From contig JBHLKV010000001.1 of assembly GCA_048886305.1 (NCBI GenBank), positions 13,039 to 77,038 on the forward strand: a DNA stretch of 64,000 nucleotides. Reading direction: 5' to 3'. How positions within the stretch are numbered: position 1 is the stretch's first letter; every line of letters starts with the position of its first letter. Below are positions 63,856 to 64,000 of this stretch, one piece after another. The position numbers and the translations under genes were made by a program. A model generated the notes under the pieces. It ran no database searches. It saw nothing but the letters and a program-made list of their open reading frames with translations, and was not told where the DNA came from. This stretch comes from Candidatus Hodarchaeota archaeon (GTDB lineage Archaea; Asgardarchaeota; Lokiarchaeia; Sigyniarchaeales; SOKP01).

Positions 63856-64000
63856 GTGAAGAGTAAATATCTGAACCTAATTGTTATTGTTTTAGTGCTT
63901 TTATTTTTATTAAATGCGATTCCTGCAGTTTTAGGTAAATCCCGTAAAAGTTACTTAATCGATTTTATATATAGTAATGAAATTGAAGGTTTTGGATTTT
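63856..64000 (+). CDS. possible secreted/membrane protein, N-terminal fragment (runs off the window)
   Basis: The GTG start gives VKSKYLNLIVIVLVLLFLLNAIPAVLGKS.., a signal-peptide-like sequence. The frame is open to the window end, but only 48 codons are visible. Confidence 0.3.
   Translation, partial: MKSKYLNLIVIVLVLLFLLNAIPAVLGKSRKSYLIDFIYSNEIEGFGF

Noticed and set aside
1-64000. A search by eye for tRNA/rRNA genes (GC-rich islands in spacers), transposases, integrases, toxin-antitoxin pairs and restriction or defence genes.
   Set aside because: All spacers are uniformly AT-rich with no cloverleaf-sized GC-rich patch, and no ORF shows DDE, tyrosine-recombinase or other defence-type motifs. 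None are reported. A covariance-model scan would be needed to exclude small ncRNAs.

Overview
This is an AT-rich (roughly 30% G+C by eye, not computed), gene-dense archaeal chromosome segment with about 58 protein-coding genes on both strands. I recognised no rRNA, tRNA, CRISPR array, transposase or integrase. Archaeal markers are RadA, an archaeal-type TyrRS, the ADP-forming acetyl-CoA synthetase beta subunit and a split ComDE-like decarboxylase. They sit beside an unusually high density of eukaryote-signature-type proteins. These are an actin-fold protein, two Rab/Ras-like small GTPases (one fused to Roadblock/LC7), two LRR-only proteins, a VPS29-like phosphoesterase, an Rpn11/CSN5-style JAMM protease fused to TPRs, a PCI-like winged-helix protein and C2HC fingers. 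The most economical reading is an Asgard (Lokiarchaeia-like) genome; this is an inference from gene content, not a database result. Housekeeping and metabolic content includes ppdK, tyrS, pgi, dCMP deaminase, guaB-like plus purH, GGPP synthase, a Ca-type P-type ATPase and an ABC-2 exporter with two wHTH regulators. There is also a membrane glycosylation cluster and a complete histidine-to-glutamate route (hutU-hutH-hutI plus glutamate formimidoyltransferase). The most interesting loci are: (1) an actin-fold protein with a ~110-aa double zinc-ribbon insert; (2) a 1,460-aa, heavily sequon-decorated surface protein whose cytosolic tail has a longin/roadblock-like module, close to a Roadblock-GTPase fusion; (3) a co-directional JAMM-TPR / C2HC-finger / radical-SAM gene set with a PCI-like protein next door; (4) a 910-aa alpha-solenoid plus tandem winged-helix protein. 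All functional calls come from motif recognition by eye. No searches were run.
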